This document shows positions 21,491 to 32,307 of a DNA stretch of 64,000 bases, piece after piece (position 1 is the stretch's first letter; the number at the start of each line of letters is the position of its first letter). The notes below the pieces were generated by a model, which searched no databases, was not told the DNA's origin, and saw only the letters and a list, made by a program, of their open reading frames with translations. The position numbers and the translations under genes are program-made. Source of the stretch: Candidatus Bathyarchaeota archaeon. GTDB taxonomy: Archaea; Thermoproteota; Bathyarchaeia; Bathyarchaeales; Bathycorpusculaceae. The DNA lies in assembly GCA_963775895.1 (NCBI GenBank), contig CAVZKL010000020.1:1-64000 (forward strand), read 5' to 3'.

Positions 21491-23834
21491 AGGCTAGGTA
21501 TGCGCGCGCACTCAGGTAGTGGACGTTGTGAATGCTCCTCTGAGCCTTCAAGACGGCTTCTGAAACCGAACCCAATGACGTTTCTTCCTCCTTGATTGTC
21601 CCGCCAGAAACCTCGTAGTACAACCCGTCAGTTATCGAGGCTATCATCTGCGTCGTGATCATGCTGGGGTTCGCCATTGATCTGGGCGAGTTTGGCAGCG
21701 TGTTGACGACAACCGTGTAGATGTTCTCTTTTCTCATGAGCTCCGAAACTGAAAGCACGTCCTTTATTGCTTCATCCTCAACCTTGAAGAAAGCTGCTGA
21801 AAGAGGGTCGAACTGACGGATGTCGCCCGTCTGCAGATCGCGTTTCAAAGGAACGTTAGCGTCTCCGTCCGTGATTATGACCATCACGGGTATGGTTGAA
21901 AAGTCTCGCCGCTTGGATTCTCTGAGAACCTCCAACGCTTTCTCCATTCCTGCGGCCAACGGCGTGTACCCGCTCATTCGCAGTCTCAGAAGTTTGTTGG
22001 CGACCAACTTCAAGTTCGTTGTGGGATGCTGAACTACAACCGCACCCATCTCCTTGAAGGCTACTATTCCGACCTTGTCGCGGCAACGGTATGCGTCAGA
22101 GTGCAGCTTCAACATGACCTCTTTGATTTCATCAAGACTGCATAGCATCGATTCACTTAGGTCCAAGACGAAAGTTATCGTCATCGGGGCCATGCCGATT
22201 CTGGTTTTTTCTCTCACGTCTTCCTTACGCAGCGTAAGGGCCAAGCCTTCTGTTTGGTCTCTAAATCTCTGTTTTCTTGCTGCAGCACGTATCGTTGCGG
22301 GAAAATGAATGTCAGAAGGTCTGTCGGACGGTATTTTCCACCCGTTCGTTCTTCCGCGATGAGTCGCCGTTACTGCCTCGGCTCGCTTACCGACGTTTGG
22401 CGCAGGCTGCTTCGGGGATTTCTTCGTTTTGAAAAGAAACTTCAAGTTGGGAATCTTGCTCTCTCGAATTCTATCTATGAAACGCTTGCCCCGGTTCACT
22501 TTAGGTTCGGACCATTTGGCGTCCGGGGGCAGAGCCGCGCTCGAACCTCCTTTTTCAGGTTCTGAGTCCAGAGGGATACTGCCCTTCCTTACGTCGCTGT
22601 CACGTAACAAAAAATCGTCAGAATCAGGCTCCCCGATCTTCGCTTTGGCGATCTCTTTCTCTTTTTGCGTTAGCCTCCTCAGTCCGAACGGAGGCAGAAT
22701 CTTCCTTTTCTCTTCCTTCTGATCGGGCTCGGCTTTCTTCGTTTTACTCTTGATTTCTTCCACTGTGCGGGTGCTCGCACTCTCCGAGCCCTTTGCTTCC
22801 TGGAGCTTCTTGATGAAGGAGTCTCTTATCTCCTGGGGAGTGACTGGCTCCAGAAAACCGTTCTCCCTAGTTCGATGGGTCAGGGCGAGTTCAGCAGCTT
22901 TGAGGACGTGGTCAGCAGTGGTTTCGGTCTTGTTTTCGAAGGCCGCCAACGTCTTGGCGGTCTTGGTGATGACAATGTCTGGACGCATGCCGTCGACCTT
23001 CAACTCCAGACACGCCTCGCAGACCACTTTGATCAGTTTGTCATCGATATGGACTTTTTCGAGTATTTTTCTTGCCAGTAATATTCTTTCTCTCAGCTCT
23101 CCTTCCTGAGAATCGTACTTTTTGACAAAATTCTCGGGGTTTGCTTCAAACTCTATGTTTCTCTTGACAACCTCAATTCGGTCTTCCGCGTCGGAAATTC
23201 TCTGAAGCTCAACAGACAGAGGCAGGCGATCCAAGAGTTGTGGTCTTAGCTGTCCTTCTTCAGGGTTCATGGTTCCGATGAAGACGAAGCGTGAGGGGTG
23301 TTTTACCGAAATTCCCTCGCGTTCAACGACGTTCCAGCCCGTCGCGGCGGCATCCAGCAGATCATCCGCAATGTGATCTGGAAGCAGATTGACCTCGTCG
23401 ACATAGAGGATGTTTTGATTCGCGTCGGCAAGTATGCCTGGTTCAAGCGCCTCGACACCCAACTTTATGGCCTTCTCCACGTCCAGAGTGCCAACGACTC
23501 TGTCCTCGGTTGCTCCCAACGGGAGTTCGACAACTCTCATCTTTCTTTCTTCAAACGTCGGGGGCCCATTCTTCGCGTACTGCGCCGTGCATTTTTCACA
23601 CATGTTTGAAGGATCATCGGGCCTGCAGTGGAACGGACAATCCCGCACGATTCTTATCGTCGGTAAGACGCGGACCAACGCTCTGACCGCGGTCGTCTTT
23701 CCAGAGCCTTTCGGCCCGCGGATGAGCAGGCCGCCGATTTTCGGGTTGACGGCGTTGAGAATCAGAGCCAGCTTCAGATCTTCCAAGTCGACGATAGCAG
23801 TGAATGGATAAGTCACCTGTTCCTGCATTGGCAT
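21465..23834 (-). CDS. Mg/Co-chelatase ChlI/ChlD-like AAA+ ATPase with C-terminal vWA domain
   Basis: YPFTAIV, GPKGSGKTT, ATEDRVVG, YVDEVNLL, MNPEEG.LRPQLLDR; vWA DLSESM, TPLAAG, ITDG. Confidence 0.9.
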   Translation of the reverse strand: MPMQEQVTYPFTAIVDLEDLKLALILNAVNPKIGGLLIRGPKGSGKTTAVRALVRVLPTIRIVRDCPFHCRPDDPSNMCEKCTAQYAKNGPPTFEERKMRVVELPLGATEDRVVGTLDVEKAIKLGVEALEPGILADANQNILYVDEVNLLPDHIADDLLDAAATGWNVVEREGISVKHPSRFVFIGTMNPEEGQLRPQLLDRLPLSVELQRISDAEDRIEVVKRNIEFEANPENFVKKYDSQEGELRERILLARKILEKVHIDDKLIKVVCEACLELKVDGMRPDIVITKTAKTLAAFENKTETTADHVLKAAELALTHRTRENGFLEPVTPQEIRDSFIKKLQEAKGSESASTRTVEEIKSKTKKAEPDQKEEKRKILPPFGLRRLTQKEKEIAKAKIGEPDSDDFLLRDSDVRKGSIPLDSEPEKGGSSAALPPDAKWSEPKVNRGKRFIDRIRESKIPNLKFLFKTKKSPKQPAPNVGKRAEAVTATHRGRTNGWKIPSDRPSDIHFPATIRAAARKQRFRDQTEGLALTLRKEDVREKTRIGMAPMTITFVLDLSESMLCSLDEIKEVMLKLHSDAYRCRDKVGIVAFKEMGAVVVQHPTTNLKLVANKLLRLRMSGYTPLAAGMEKALEVLRESKRRDFSTIPVMVIITDGDANVPLKRDLQTGDIRQFDPLSAAFFKVEDEAIKDVLSVSELMRKENIYTVVVNTLPNSPRSMANPSMITTQMIASITDGLYYEVSGGTIKEEETSLGSVSEAVLKAQRSIHNVHYLSARAYLAYGSRARSG

Positions 23835-23959
23835 CAGAGTATAAACAGGAGAACGATGGAATTAAAGAATTTGCCGACTTGTTTGCGGGCCCTCCTCCTA
23901 GAATGGAGTACACATAAATCTTGGAAACGTGTTGTTTCACAATTCAGAGGGGAAATTGA

Positions 23960-24313
23960 ATGGTGTTCTGCAAAACGTGTGGTTCTGAACTGACTGAAGC
24001 GACTAACTTCTGTCCAAAGTGTGGCGCCAATTTGAAAGATCCTCAGCCGGGGCCAAGTTCAGGAGAGAAGAGTTGTCCTCGATGCGGAACTGTGATGCGA
24101 GTCGGGTTCATCGTGGAGAAAGACTCGCCGCTTTCACTCTGGACGCTTGGTTCGGGCATCTATTGGACACCTGGAGAAGCAGGAGTGATGGGAGAAAGAG
24201 TCGGAGTCAAAGCCTACGCGTGTCCACAGTGCGGCTACATCGAGCATTACGTTCGTTACTTGGATAAGGACAGAAACACGATCCTGAGCGCACCGACAAC
24301 GTACAGTCAATAA
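23960..24313 (+). CDS. Double Zn-ribbon protein
   Basis: FCKTCG..FCPKCG, CPRCG...AYACPQCGYIEHY. Confidence 0.8.
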   Translation: MVFCKTCGSELTEATNFCPKCGANLKDPQPGPSSGEKSCPRCGTVMRVGFIVEKDSPLSLWTLGSGIYWTPGEAGVMGERVGVKAYACPQCGYIEHYVRYLDKDRNTILSAPTTYSQ

Positions 24314-24820
24314 CTCGCGCGCGCGCTTCGATTCTTTCCAGCCATCATCAGCACGATGATGATCGCGATCAACCCGAGACCTAGGGTTAAGGCTATGGAC
24401 GCAACTGCCCAGAGAGGCATCTCTAAACCGTTCTGCACAGGTACTGATTGATCGGTTATAGGCGTGGACCAACCGTTCCATCCGCCCGAGAGCCACGTTA
24501 CGTCAGAGGGCCCGACGACATCGTTTATCGCAGTCAGGTTGTACACGTTGTCTTCGACCTTTGAAACCGTGAATCTCCTAGAGCCCTGTGTGCTGAAAGA
24601 GTAGGATTTTTCCCATCGATCATTCTGAGCCGACCACTCCATGGCTTCGTTGGAAGTTGCCAATTGCCAGCCTCGACTGCTCTGGTTGACCACGTGAGTA
24701 TCTAAGAACAACGTGTCGTTCGGTCCCTTGAGCAGCATGTTATCGTACTCGTAGATCGCTATGAACCAGACTTGTTCGCTGCTTCCAACTGGTGCCGTCT
24801 GCTGAAATGTTCCATCACAA
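24307..24820 (-). pseudogene. 5'-truncated paralog of the C-terminus of the 26600..29998 surface protein
   Basis: VGSSEQVWF..YEYDN..WEKSYSFSTQGSRRFTVSKVED..MPLWAVASIALTL vs VGSTEIVWF..YAYDN..WEESYSFSSQGSRNFAVSKVDD..MPSWAIVSIALTL; no signal peptide. Confidence 0.8.
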
Positions 24821-25004
24821 TGCGACTACCAATTCTGTCTTGGACAACTCCCTCCTTTTTTGAGTTCAAAACCGTCGCGCGCGCTTCAGAGGTGCATGCG
24901 GCGTTAGAGAACGTACCATTCTCTAGAACACGATGTACCAAAGCATAGGATTAAATCCCAAAGTATGTCCTCTGTAGTACAACTGGAAAGAAATTCTAAA
25001 CTAG

Positions 25005-26336
25005 GTGAAAACAATAATGAAGAAACTATTCACGTTGACCTTGCTTGGACTGTTGTTTACTTCCCTGTGTTTCACATCACTTTTCCAGTCAGGATCCCGT
25101 TCTGTGAACGCGTCGTCCACCTTGACTTCTGATGCCGCAGAATATGCAGACGGCACTATTACTATTCCGGACTCCTATAGCCTTATTCGATACAGCTGGA
25201 TCAACGTTTCTGGCACGCAGGTTATCAACTACGTTCTGTACGCCAACTCTGACTACCCCTCACCGTTTGTCAGTCTTGTGGGACAGTTCTTCCAGTTAGC
25301 CGACGGAACAAAGGTTTCTGTAATAAGCGCGTTGGACAAGATGGAAGTCTACAACGACACCAACGGCGACGGTATTCCAGAGGCAAACTTCACTTCTGGG
25401 CAGAGCGAAATCCTGTACTACGCCTTCGTAAACATGAGTGACAGCTACAGCATTAACCCCATCGAGAAAGTGACCGAAAACAACGTTTCCCACTACAAGT
25501 GGGGTTTCACGTACGTAAACGCCTCCGCGTTCCTCCTAAACGCCTCGGTCAACTACGACCTCGTGGCCAAGTTGATCTTCGATCACATAACTCTAGGCTA
25601 CGATTTCAGCGTTCAAAACAACGTCTCCTCCCTGAAGACCAACTTTGACATCGGAAAAGTCGCGAACATTACTGTTCTCGATTCTTCACAGCTTTCGCTG
25701 AACGGGTTGAGTCTGGCTCTGCTCTATCCCACGTGCACCCACACGTCGAAACCGTATTCAACGTATGTCGGTGGTCAGCAGTTCAACTCGACGATCTCGA
25801 ATGAGACTGCCATAAACTTGCCACTTGCAGAAGTTGTGGTCGGGACTATGAAAGCGTATGATTTTGTGTTCGGCGGAAACTACACCCTGATCAGAGGCCA
25901 AAGCAATGAGACCTACGCGTTGAAGAGCGAAGCCGCGTCGCTATCTAGCGTTCCAACCGACGTATATGGACCAGTCTTATGGCAGGAAAGCTTTTTCAAG
26001 GATAACCTGAACCTCGGCGACCTATTCGGAGGCTCACCGCCAGACATTTCAGTTGACTACAACGAGTCATCGCTGATCTACAGGATCTGTTTTCCAGTCT
26101 GGGACGGGATGGAGGTTCAAAACGACCCGGTTTACATGGGCTACTTGTTCAGCGATGTGGTGTTTCCCGAGATTTCTTCGCCGATAATCCTAGTACTGCT
26201 GGTAATGGTCACGACATCACTGGCTCTTGTATTAACGAAGAAGCGACAGAAAGCACGCTCGTGCTCCAACTCACAAAAACTCAGAACGACAATTCAGACC
26301 ATGGAAGGAACGGCAAAACAAACAACCTTCACTTAA
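25005..26336 (+). CDS. Secreted or surface protein with C-terminal PE-TM-basic anchor
   Basis: Signal peptide, YNDTNGDG motif, many N-x-S/T sequons, VFPE-TM-KKRQK. Confidence 0.8.
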   Translation: MKTIMKKLFTLTLLGLLFTSLCFTSLFQSGSRSVNASSTLTSDAAEYADGTITIPDSYSLIRYSWINVSGTQVINYVLYANSDYPSPFVSLVGQFFQLADGTKVSVISALDKMEVYNDTNGDGIPEANFTSGQSEILYYAFVNMSDSYSINPIEKVTENNVSHYKWGFTYVNASAFLLNASVNYDLVAKLIFDHITLGYDFSVQNNVSSLKTNFDIGKVANITVLDSSQLSLNGLSLALLYPTCTHTSKPYSTYVGGQQFNSTISNETAINLPLAEVVVGTMKAYDFVFGGNYTLIRGQSNETYALKSEAASLSSVPTDVYGPVLWQESFFKDNLNLGDLFGGSPPDISVDYNESSLIYRICFPVWDGMEVQNDPVYMGYLFSDVVFPEISSPIILVLLVMVTTSLALVLTKKRQKARSCSNSQKLRTTIQTMEGTAKQTTFT

Positions 26337-26599
26337 CCTTAATGCCCCTTCAGTACCACTAATAAATCTAATGTCCCATTCTGATGGCAATCCTGCAAAC
26401 AATACCCTGAAAAAGAAAGCGTGCGCGTCTTTCATGCAGGATGTTTGCTCGCAATTCTGCACCGAAAAAATCTGTTATACCTAATTGGAAATAACTAGTT
26501 TGCGCGCGCGCTTCCAAGCAAGCCCTTGACTCGTGGCACAGAACATTGTTCTAGAAAAATATTTCGAAACTCTTAACTTCAAGCATCACCGTATGAGAA

Positions 26600-29500
26600 T
26601 TGAGAGGAGAACTCTTCGTGAAATCAGTTCTACGAGTAGTGCTAACGATTTTTCTCCTTACGACGTTGATAGCGTCTATTCAAGGAAACAATGGTGTTTT
26701 ATTCGGAATTCCCGTTTCGAAAGCTGACAGTTCAGAAGCATTACCAACTGCTATTGATCCGCTGAATCGTGTGTTTATCAATCAATCTTTCGATACCGAG
26801 CCCGTTGGATCGATTCCGACAAACTGGACAGTGTCGTACCCGCAATACGGGAATATCTCGGTTGTCAACAGCGTATGGTATGGTTCAGGCGCAACAGGCA
26901 AATCGGCAATGATCGTAGACGGCTACACTGACAGTAATCCAGTTCCCTACAGGCTTTTCCTTCAGCAAACCAACACGGTCGTGATCTCCTTCGCGATCAG
27001 ACCAACGAGCAACATTGGAGTTAAGAAAACCATTGAAGTCTTCGTTGATGACGGCAACTTTAGCGGTGCGTGCATCGTATTTAAAGATGGACAGATCGGG
27101 TACGAAACCGAAAACTCTGGCTTCAATGTTCTGCGTAATTCGTATGTTCCAGACAAATGGTACAAGATAAAGTTGATTCTGAACGTCCAACAGAACATCT
27201 ACAGCATCAGCATCGATGATCATCTAGTTCAAGCAAGCGCAGCGTTCACCGGTACGTGCACTCAGATTCAGAGAATCGTGTTTAATGAAACGTCGGGACA
27301 GAATGCCCAACTACTTCCTGTGGCATACATCGACGAGATCCTAGGTTTGCAGGGCATTGAGATACCAAAAGACTACGGGACAATCCAGGAAGGAATCAAC
27401 GCCGCAAGCCAAGGAGATCTAATATTCGTTACGAAGCAGAGAACTTACTTGGAGAGCATTACGATACCGATTGGAAAAGATGGAATACGGCTATACGGAG
27501 AAGACGTTAACACCACGATAATCGATGGCAGTTTTGACCAAACTAGCATGACGAACGGGATTTCTGTTCATGCCAACTACGTGAGGATATCAGGGTTGAC
27601 CGTTCGATCCACGCCCTACGGGACAGGGATAATGATCGATGGTGCCTCCAACATAATTGAGAACAATATCGTAGTAAATGGACTTGGAGACGGGATAGAC
27701 GTTTCTGGCACAAACAACACGATCAGAGGCAATGCCATTAGGACGAACCTGAATTGTGGCGTACAAGTTACAGGCTCAAACACTACGTTGACAGGCAATA
27801 TCATCGAATCAAATAGTCAACAAGGATTATTGATCTCCAGCTGGAATTCTGACATAGAAGACAACGTCCTCAGATTGAATATTGGATGTGGTATTCAGAT
27901 TTCTCAAGGGGAACAAAACTTCATCAGGAACAATACGATCAAAAAGAATGGAATAGGAATCGAATGCGACGGTGGCGCAAAAAGAAACCTGATCTATGAG
28001 AACAGATTCATCAACAATACCCTGCAAGCATCTAACGCAGACGCAACCAATGCTTGGGACGACAGTTATCCATACGTCCCTAGTAAAGAAGTGGGCGGGG
28101 GTAATTTCTGGAGCGATTTCGCCTCAGCAGACATATACTCGGGGAAAAATCAAGATCAACAAAGCCCGGGTTTACTCCCAGGACCCGATGGCATCTGCGA
28201 CAACCCATACAGTCTGTCTCCAACCGGTGTAGATAACTACCCACTTTTCTTAATACAAAATGTCACCCAGAATCCTGCAGACCCGACCAAGATCAACTAT
28301 ACAACACTTGTGAATGTTACAGCTACCATCCTCAATTCCGTGGATATGGGTGACGCACACCTCGAGGTGCAGTATGATTCAAGTAGACAAAATATCAGCA
28401 TGACGATTTCGGGAAACACGCTGAAGGGAACTATACCGGCGCAGAAGTACGGAACGAAAGTCACATACGATGCGACCGTGCACGCGGATTCCGCGGAAGT
28501 TTCGGTGAAATCAGCTAACTATCCTTTACCAGGACCGTATTTTGTGGGTGACCAACTTGCCCCGAACATAAGCACTCCCATAATCAACCCCCCAGTGCCT
28601 AGCATTGGTCAAAGTATTTCGATCTCGGTCAATGTCACCGAGCCTCAAAACGCAAGTGGCGTGAACACAGTCTATTTTACATATATCTTTCTTGGCACGC
28701 CTTGGACAGCGAACATGAGCACCACGGGCAACAACACTTATTCTGGGAACTTATTTCCACAGAACGCAGATGGAACCTTGAATATGTCGATCACAGCCAT
28801 TGATAATGCTGGAAATTCGGCGACGAAAAACTTCACTGGGATTGTGGCCACTCCCAGGCTGAATGCTAGCTACAAGAACGTGATTTGTACAAGCCCATTC
28901 GTAATTGATTATGGTGTTCTGTCGCCCGGCCAAAAGCTTGTGGATAGTAATCTTAGGTTCAACGATACTGGTGGAGGGGTTCTTAATTGGAGTATAAGTC
29001 TGATCAGTGTTCCTAAATGGATAAAGATAACTCCATCCAACGGAACTATAGCGTCAGGTAACAGTACCGCAATGACCATATCTGTGGACACAACAGGTCT
29101 GGGCGCGGGTAGTTATGAGGCAAACTTTACGGTCACTGCAAACGACTCAGTACCTTCTTTCATAATAACCGTGCGGATCATTGTTAGAGGGATAATAATC
29201 GACTATTCTCATGCTTCTTCGGTGGCGCCAGTACGATCTGACGTAAACACCACCCAACTCTACGGTTTCCACGTTGCGTGGAATAATCTATCTGATCCCG
29301 TCGTGGGAAAGATCATGGTCAAAGGGATTGGCTGGGTCAGTGTAGATGCTTCTGGGTGGGCAGACTTCAATGACTCATCTTCGGTTCCCGCAATGAGAAC
29401 GTACTATGTGGAAGAAGTCAATATCGCATATCAAACCTATTTTGTCACATCGTTTGTTCAGAAAGCGTCAAACCTGACTGCAATCTGGGACGACGTGAAA

Positions 29501-29998
29501 ATAACTGGAGGTGGATCTTCTCATCAAATAACTACAGTCGGAAGTACTGAAATAGTCTGGTTCACAGCCGTGTACGCGTATGATAACACTCCGTTCAACG
29601 GAACCAACGGCGTCTTGTACTTGGACACATATGAGTACGACTTGACTGCGCAATCCTGGAGTTTGAAGACGGCGACCGAACCGGTGCATTGGTCAGAGGC
29701 AAATAATCGGTGGGAAGAGTCTTACTCTTTCAGTAGCCAAGGTTCAAGAAATTTCGCAGTTTCAAAAGTTGATGACAAACTATTCAATTTGACAACGATA
29801 CAAGATCTTTGGGGATCTGTTACTATAACCTGGCTTGTCGGCGGAACTACCACGCTTTCGACGCTAGGAATGCCTTCCTGGGCCATCGTATCAATCGCTT
29901 TGACTCTTGCCCTTGGAATGGCTGCAATCTTGATAATAGTGATCAGACCTCTGAAGAGTCGAACCTCGAAAGAAGACTTCAAAACACGCGAAAAGTAG
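26600..29998 (+). CDS. Large surface glycoprotein: lectin-like N-domain, NosD/CASH beta-helix, Ig/BACON-like domains, C-terminal TM
   Basis: Signal peptide, PKDYGTIQEGINAA, parallel beta-helix repeats, GGNFWSD...DGICDNPY, WIKITPSNG. Confidence 0.85.
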   Translation: MRGELFVKSVLRVVLTIFLLTTLIASIQGNNGVLFGIPVSKADSSEALPTAIDPLNRVFINQSFDTEPVGSIPTNWTVSYPQYGNISVVNSVWYGSGATGKSAMIVDGYTDSNPVPYRLFLQQTNTVVISFAIRPTSNIGVKKTIEVFVDDGNFSGACIVFKDGQIGYETENSGFNVLRNSYVPDKWYKIKLILNVQQNIYSISIDDHLVQASAAFTGTCTQIQRIVFNETSGQNAQLLPVAYIDEILGLQGIEIPKDYGTIQEGINAASQGDLIFVTKQRTYLESITIPIGKDGIRLYGEDVNTTIIDGSFDQTSMTNGISVHANYVRISGLTVRSTPYGTGIMIDGASNIIENNIVVNGLGDGIDVSGTNNTIRGNAIRTNLNCGVQVTGSNTTLTGNIIESNSQQGLLISSWNSDIEDNVLRLNIGCGIQISQGEQNFIRNNTIKKNGIGIECDGGAKRNLIYENRFINNTLQASNADATNAWDDSYPYVPSKEVGGGNFWSDFASADIYSGKNQDQQSPGLLPGPDGICDNPYSLSPTGVDNYPLFLIQNVTQNPADPTKINYTTLVNVTATILNSVDMGDAHLEVQYDSSRQNISMTISGNTLKGTIPAQKYGTKVTYDATVHADSAEVSVKSANYPLPGPYFVGDQLAPNISTPIINPPVPSIGQSISISVNVTEPQNASGVNTVYFTYIFLGTPWTANMSTTGNNTYSGNLFPQNADGTLNMSITAIDNAGNSATKNFTGIVATPRLNASYKNVICTSPFVIDYGVLSPGQKLVDSNLRFNDTGGGVLNWSISLISVPKWIKITPSNGTIASGNSTAMTISVDTTGLGAGSYEANFTVTANDSVPSFIITVRIIVRGIIIDYSHASSVAPVRSDVNTTQLYGFHVAWNNLSDPVVGKIMVKGIGWVSVDASGWADFNDSSSVPAMRTYYVEEVNIAYQTYFVTSFVQKASNLTAIWDDVKITGGGSSHQITTVGSTEIVWFTAVYAYDNTPFNGTNGVLYLDTYEYDLTAQSWSLKTATEPVHWSEANNRWEESYSFSSQGSRNFAVSKVDDKLFNLTTIQDLWGSVTITWLVGGTTTLSTLGMPSWAIVSIALTLALGMAAILIIVIRPLKSRTSKEDFKTREK

Positions 29999-30355
29999 GA
30001 TGATTACAAGTCTATGAGGACCGCCTCAAACAGCTTGTGAGCTTTCACAAACACGCCCATTTAGAAACTTTTGACTTTTCACGCTTAAGAAGGTACCCAT
30101 TGTTGCGTGCTTCAAAAAGCGTATTCTCTGCAGCAACTAAAAGCGGTGACTCTGACTTGGGTACTATTGGCACTGTGCATCTGGCTTTTTCGAAATTGAA
30201 ACGCGTACATTCGGTTTATTAGAACAGCTGCCATACAAGACAAGCATGGCCAGCGTCACGATCCCCCATTTGTACGCGTTTTGCAACTTGAAAGTCTGCG
30301 CAGGAGCGATAGCGTTTGAGGCTGCGTGCTCTACTTGGCCTGCAGGTGCAGCTGA

Positions 30356-31058
30356 TTGATAGTTGCCACGATTCCTGCCCACGACGAGGCACAGTTTCTT
30401 GAAATGGCCGTGGGAACACTGTTGCAGGAAACCATTGCTCTGGGCGACGATTACTGCATAGTCATTGCTGAAGATGGAAGCACTGATGGATCTGACGAGA
30501 TTGCCGAGCGCTTGGCAAGGAACAACCCGCGCATTATTCATATTCACGCGGATAGGAAATTGGGCAGAGGTTTGGCTCTCAAGAACGCCTGGAAAAAGGT
30601 TAACGGAGATATCTACGCCTTCGTTGACTGTGATTTGGCTACCGACATGAAATATTATCCGCAACTGATTGGGGCAATAAGAAATGGTTATGACCTCGCC
30701 ACTGGCTCGAGGTACATGAATGGGGCCATTGTGCAGCGCCCTGCACTGCGAGGTCTCGTGTCAAGAATGTACAATTTGCTGATTCGAGCAGTCTTTAGAA
30801 CACACGTGCACGATCACCAACTGGGGTTCAAGGCGTTTTCAAGCAGGGTCGTGGGAGACCTTTTGAGCCGTTGCAGTAGCGCAGATTGGTTTTGGGACAC
30901 CGAGATCATCGTACGAAGCGTGCGTGAGGGTTACAAATGTGGCCGAGTTTCCAGTTGAATGGATAGAAAAGCGAGGAACCAGAACACCGTTGAAGAGACT
31001 GGCCAATGACATCTACATTCATGGGAAAGGCTTTCTAAAGCTCTGTGCGGACAGATAG
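30356..31058 (+). CDS. GT2 polyprenol-phosphate glycosyltransferase (frameshift near 30940)
   Basis: IPAHDE, EDGSTD, GRGLA, DCDLA, DHQLGFKAF, WFWDTE; continues VAEFPVEW..ADR* in the next frame. Confidence 0.85.
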
Positions 31059-31091
31059 CGCGCGCTACAAAGAGGCACAAAGATGCGGTAG

Positions 31092-32231
31092 TTAAGCCAC
31101 CCATATCGACAACAAAAATCGGTACCAGAGCAAGAACGCTATAGAAAAGAAGAGGAAACATAAAGCTGCAGTGAGAATGTTTCTCGATTTGCCTTGTAAA
31201 GTTCGAGTGCCCAGATATATCCAAACAGGAAAGATAAATGACAAATAACGACTTATTGACCACATAGCGCCAAAGTAGAGGATAACCAGGAAAGAAGCGA
31301 CGGAGTAAACCGTGAGGCGCCAATCAACCTTTCTGCCATAGTAGATCAAGATACATGTTAGAACTATCATAATTGTCCCGCTGATCTCAGAGGGGATATC
31401 AATCAGTCTCTGGGTAGAAATGATGTTGACCAGCCACTTGGGAAACGAGTACATGTTCCAATACTTGCTTTGAGCAGTTATAGAAGCAAGCCAGTCACCA
31501 GTTTCGACAAAGCAATAGGAAAGCCAAGCAAAGAGAGCCATCGATGGAATGAGAAAATAGAGAAGCCGTTTGCGTTCTCGTTGATGGAGCATATCCAAGA
31601 ACATGGGCAAGGCAATTATGATGCCCACCATTCTGGTGATGGTAGCCACCCCTGCCAAAAGACTTGCGTTCAGTGTCTTGTGATTTAGATAAAAATACCA
31701 AGAAGCTACAGATGCAAACAGAAACAGAGACTCACTGTACGCTACGGTGGTGAAGAGGAAGATGTAAGGGAAGAATGCTGCTAAGAGAGTAGTTCTTGAA
31801 GCTGCCTCTTTAGTCATATAGTGCTCGGCGATGGCTTGGAAAAAAGGAATCCATGCTACACCGAATATTAATGAGATCATAGCAGCTGACGCCAAAATAT
31901 CGTTGATTATCAGGTTAAACAGGTAAATGCTAATCGGGTAACCTGGAAAAAAAGCGTATTTATTTGGTGGTTGAGTATTGTAGCCTCTGTAGACTATGCC
32001 AAAAAACCATCCGCTGTCCCAACCATGGTACAAGAATGTCCAACGAGAAGGATTAGGGGGGAGTCCCACACCCCAAATATTAAACCACGGCGGTACTGTT
32101 GAACTCAGGTTAAGAGAATAGTAGAGAAACACGCTGCACAACAGTTTTGTGGAAACAAGGATTAGAACGGGATAAATGAACCGGATATTCTTTCTTAGAA
32201 ATGAACGAAAACCTCCAGTCAATTCTGTCAA
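31092..32231 (-). CDS. GT-C mannosyltransferase (PIG-V-like)
   Basis: WDSGWF, AFFPGYP, YSESLF, TRMVG, SRY; multi-TM. Confidence 0.85.
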   Translation of the reverse strand: MTELTGGFRSFLRKNIRFIYPVLILVSTKLLCSVFLYYSLNLSSTVPPWFNIWGVGLPPNPSRWTFLYHGWDSGWFFGIVYRGYNTQPPNKYAFFPGYPISIYLFNLIINDILASAAMISLIFGVAWIPFFQAIAEHYMTKEAASRTTLLAAFFPYIFLFTTVAYSESLFLFASVASWYFYLNHKTLNASLLAGVATITRMVGIIIALPMFLDMLHQRERKRLLYFLIPSMALFAWLSYCFVETGDWLASITAQSKYWNMYSFPKWLVNIISTQRLIDIPSEISGTIMIVLTCILIYYGRKVDWRLTVYSVASFLVILYFGAMWSISRYLSFIFPVWIYLGTRTLQGKSRNILTAALCFLFFSIAFLLWYRFLLSIWVA

Positions 32232-32307
32232 GTTAACAAAAACCGCTCCGTTTTCATGCTAGATCACTCTCATTTCACCTGCTCCCAGCTATCTAGCACG
32301 TTTCTTT

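Noticed and set aside
21465-23834. Chlorophyll synthesis implied by the ChlI/ChlD-like gene
   Set aside because: Such AAA+-vWA proteins are common in non-phototrophic archaea, and there is no ChlH or pathway gene here.
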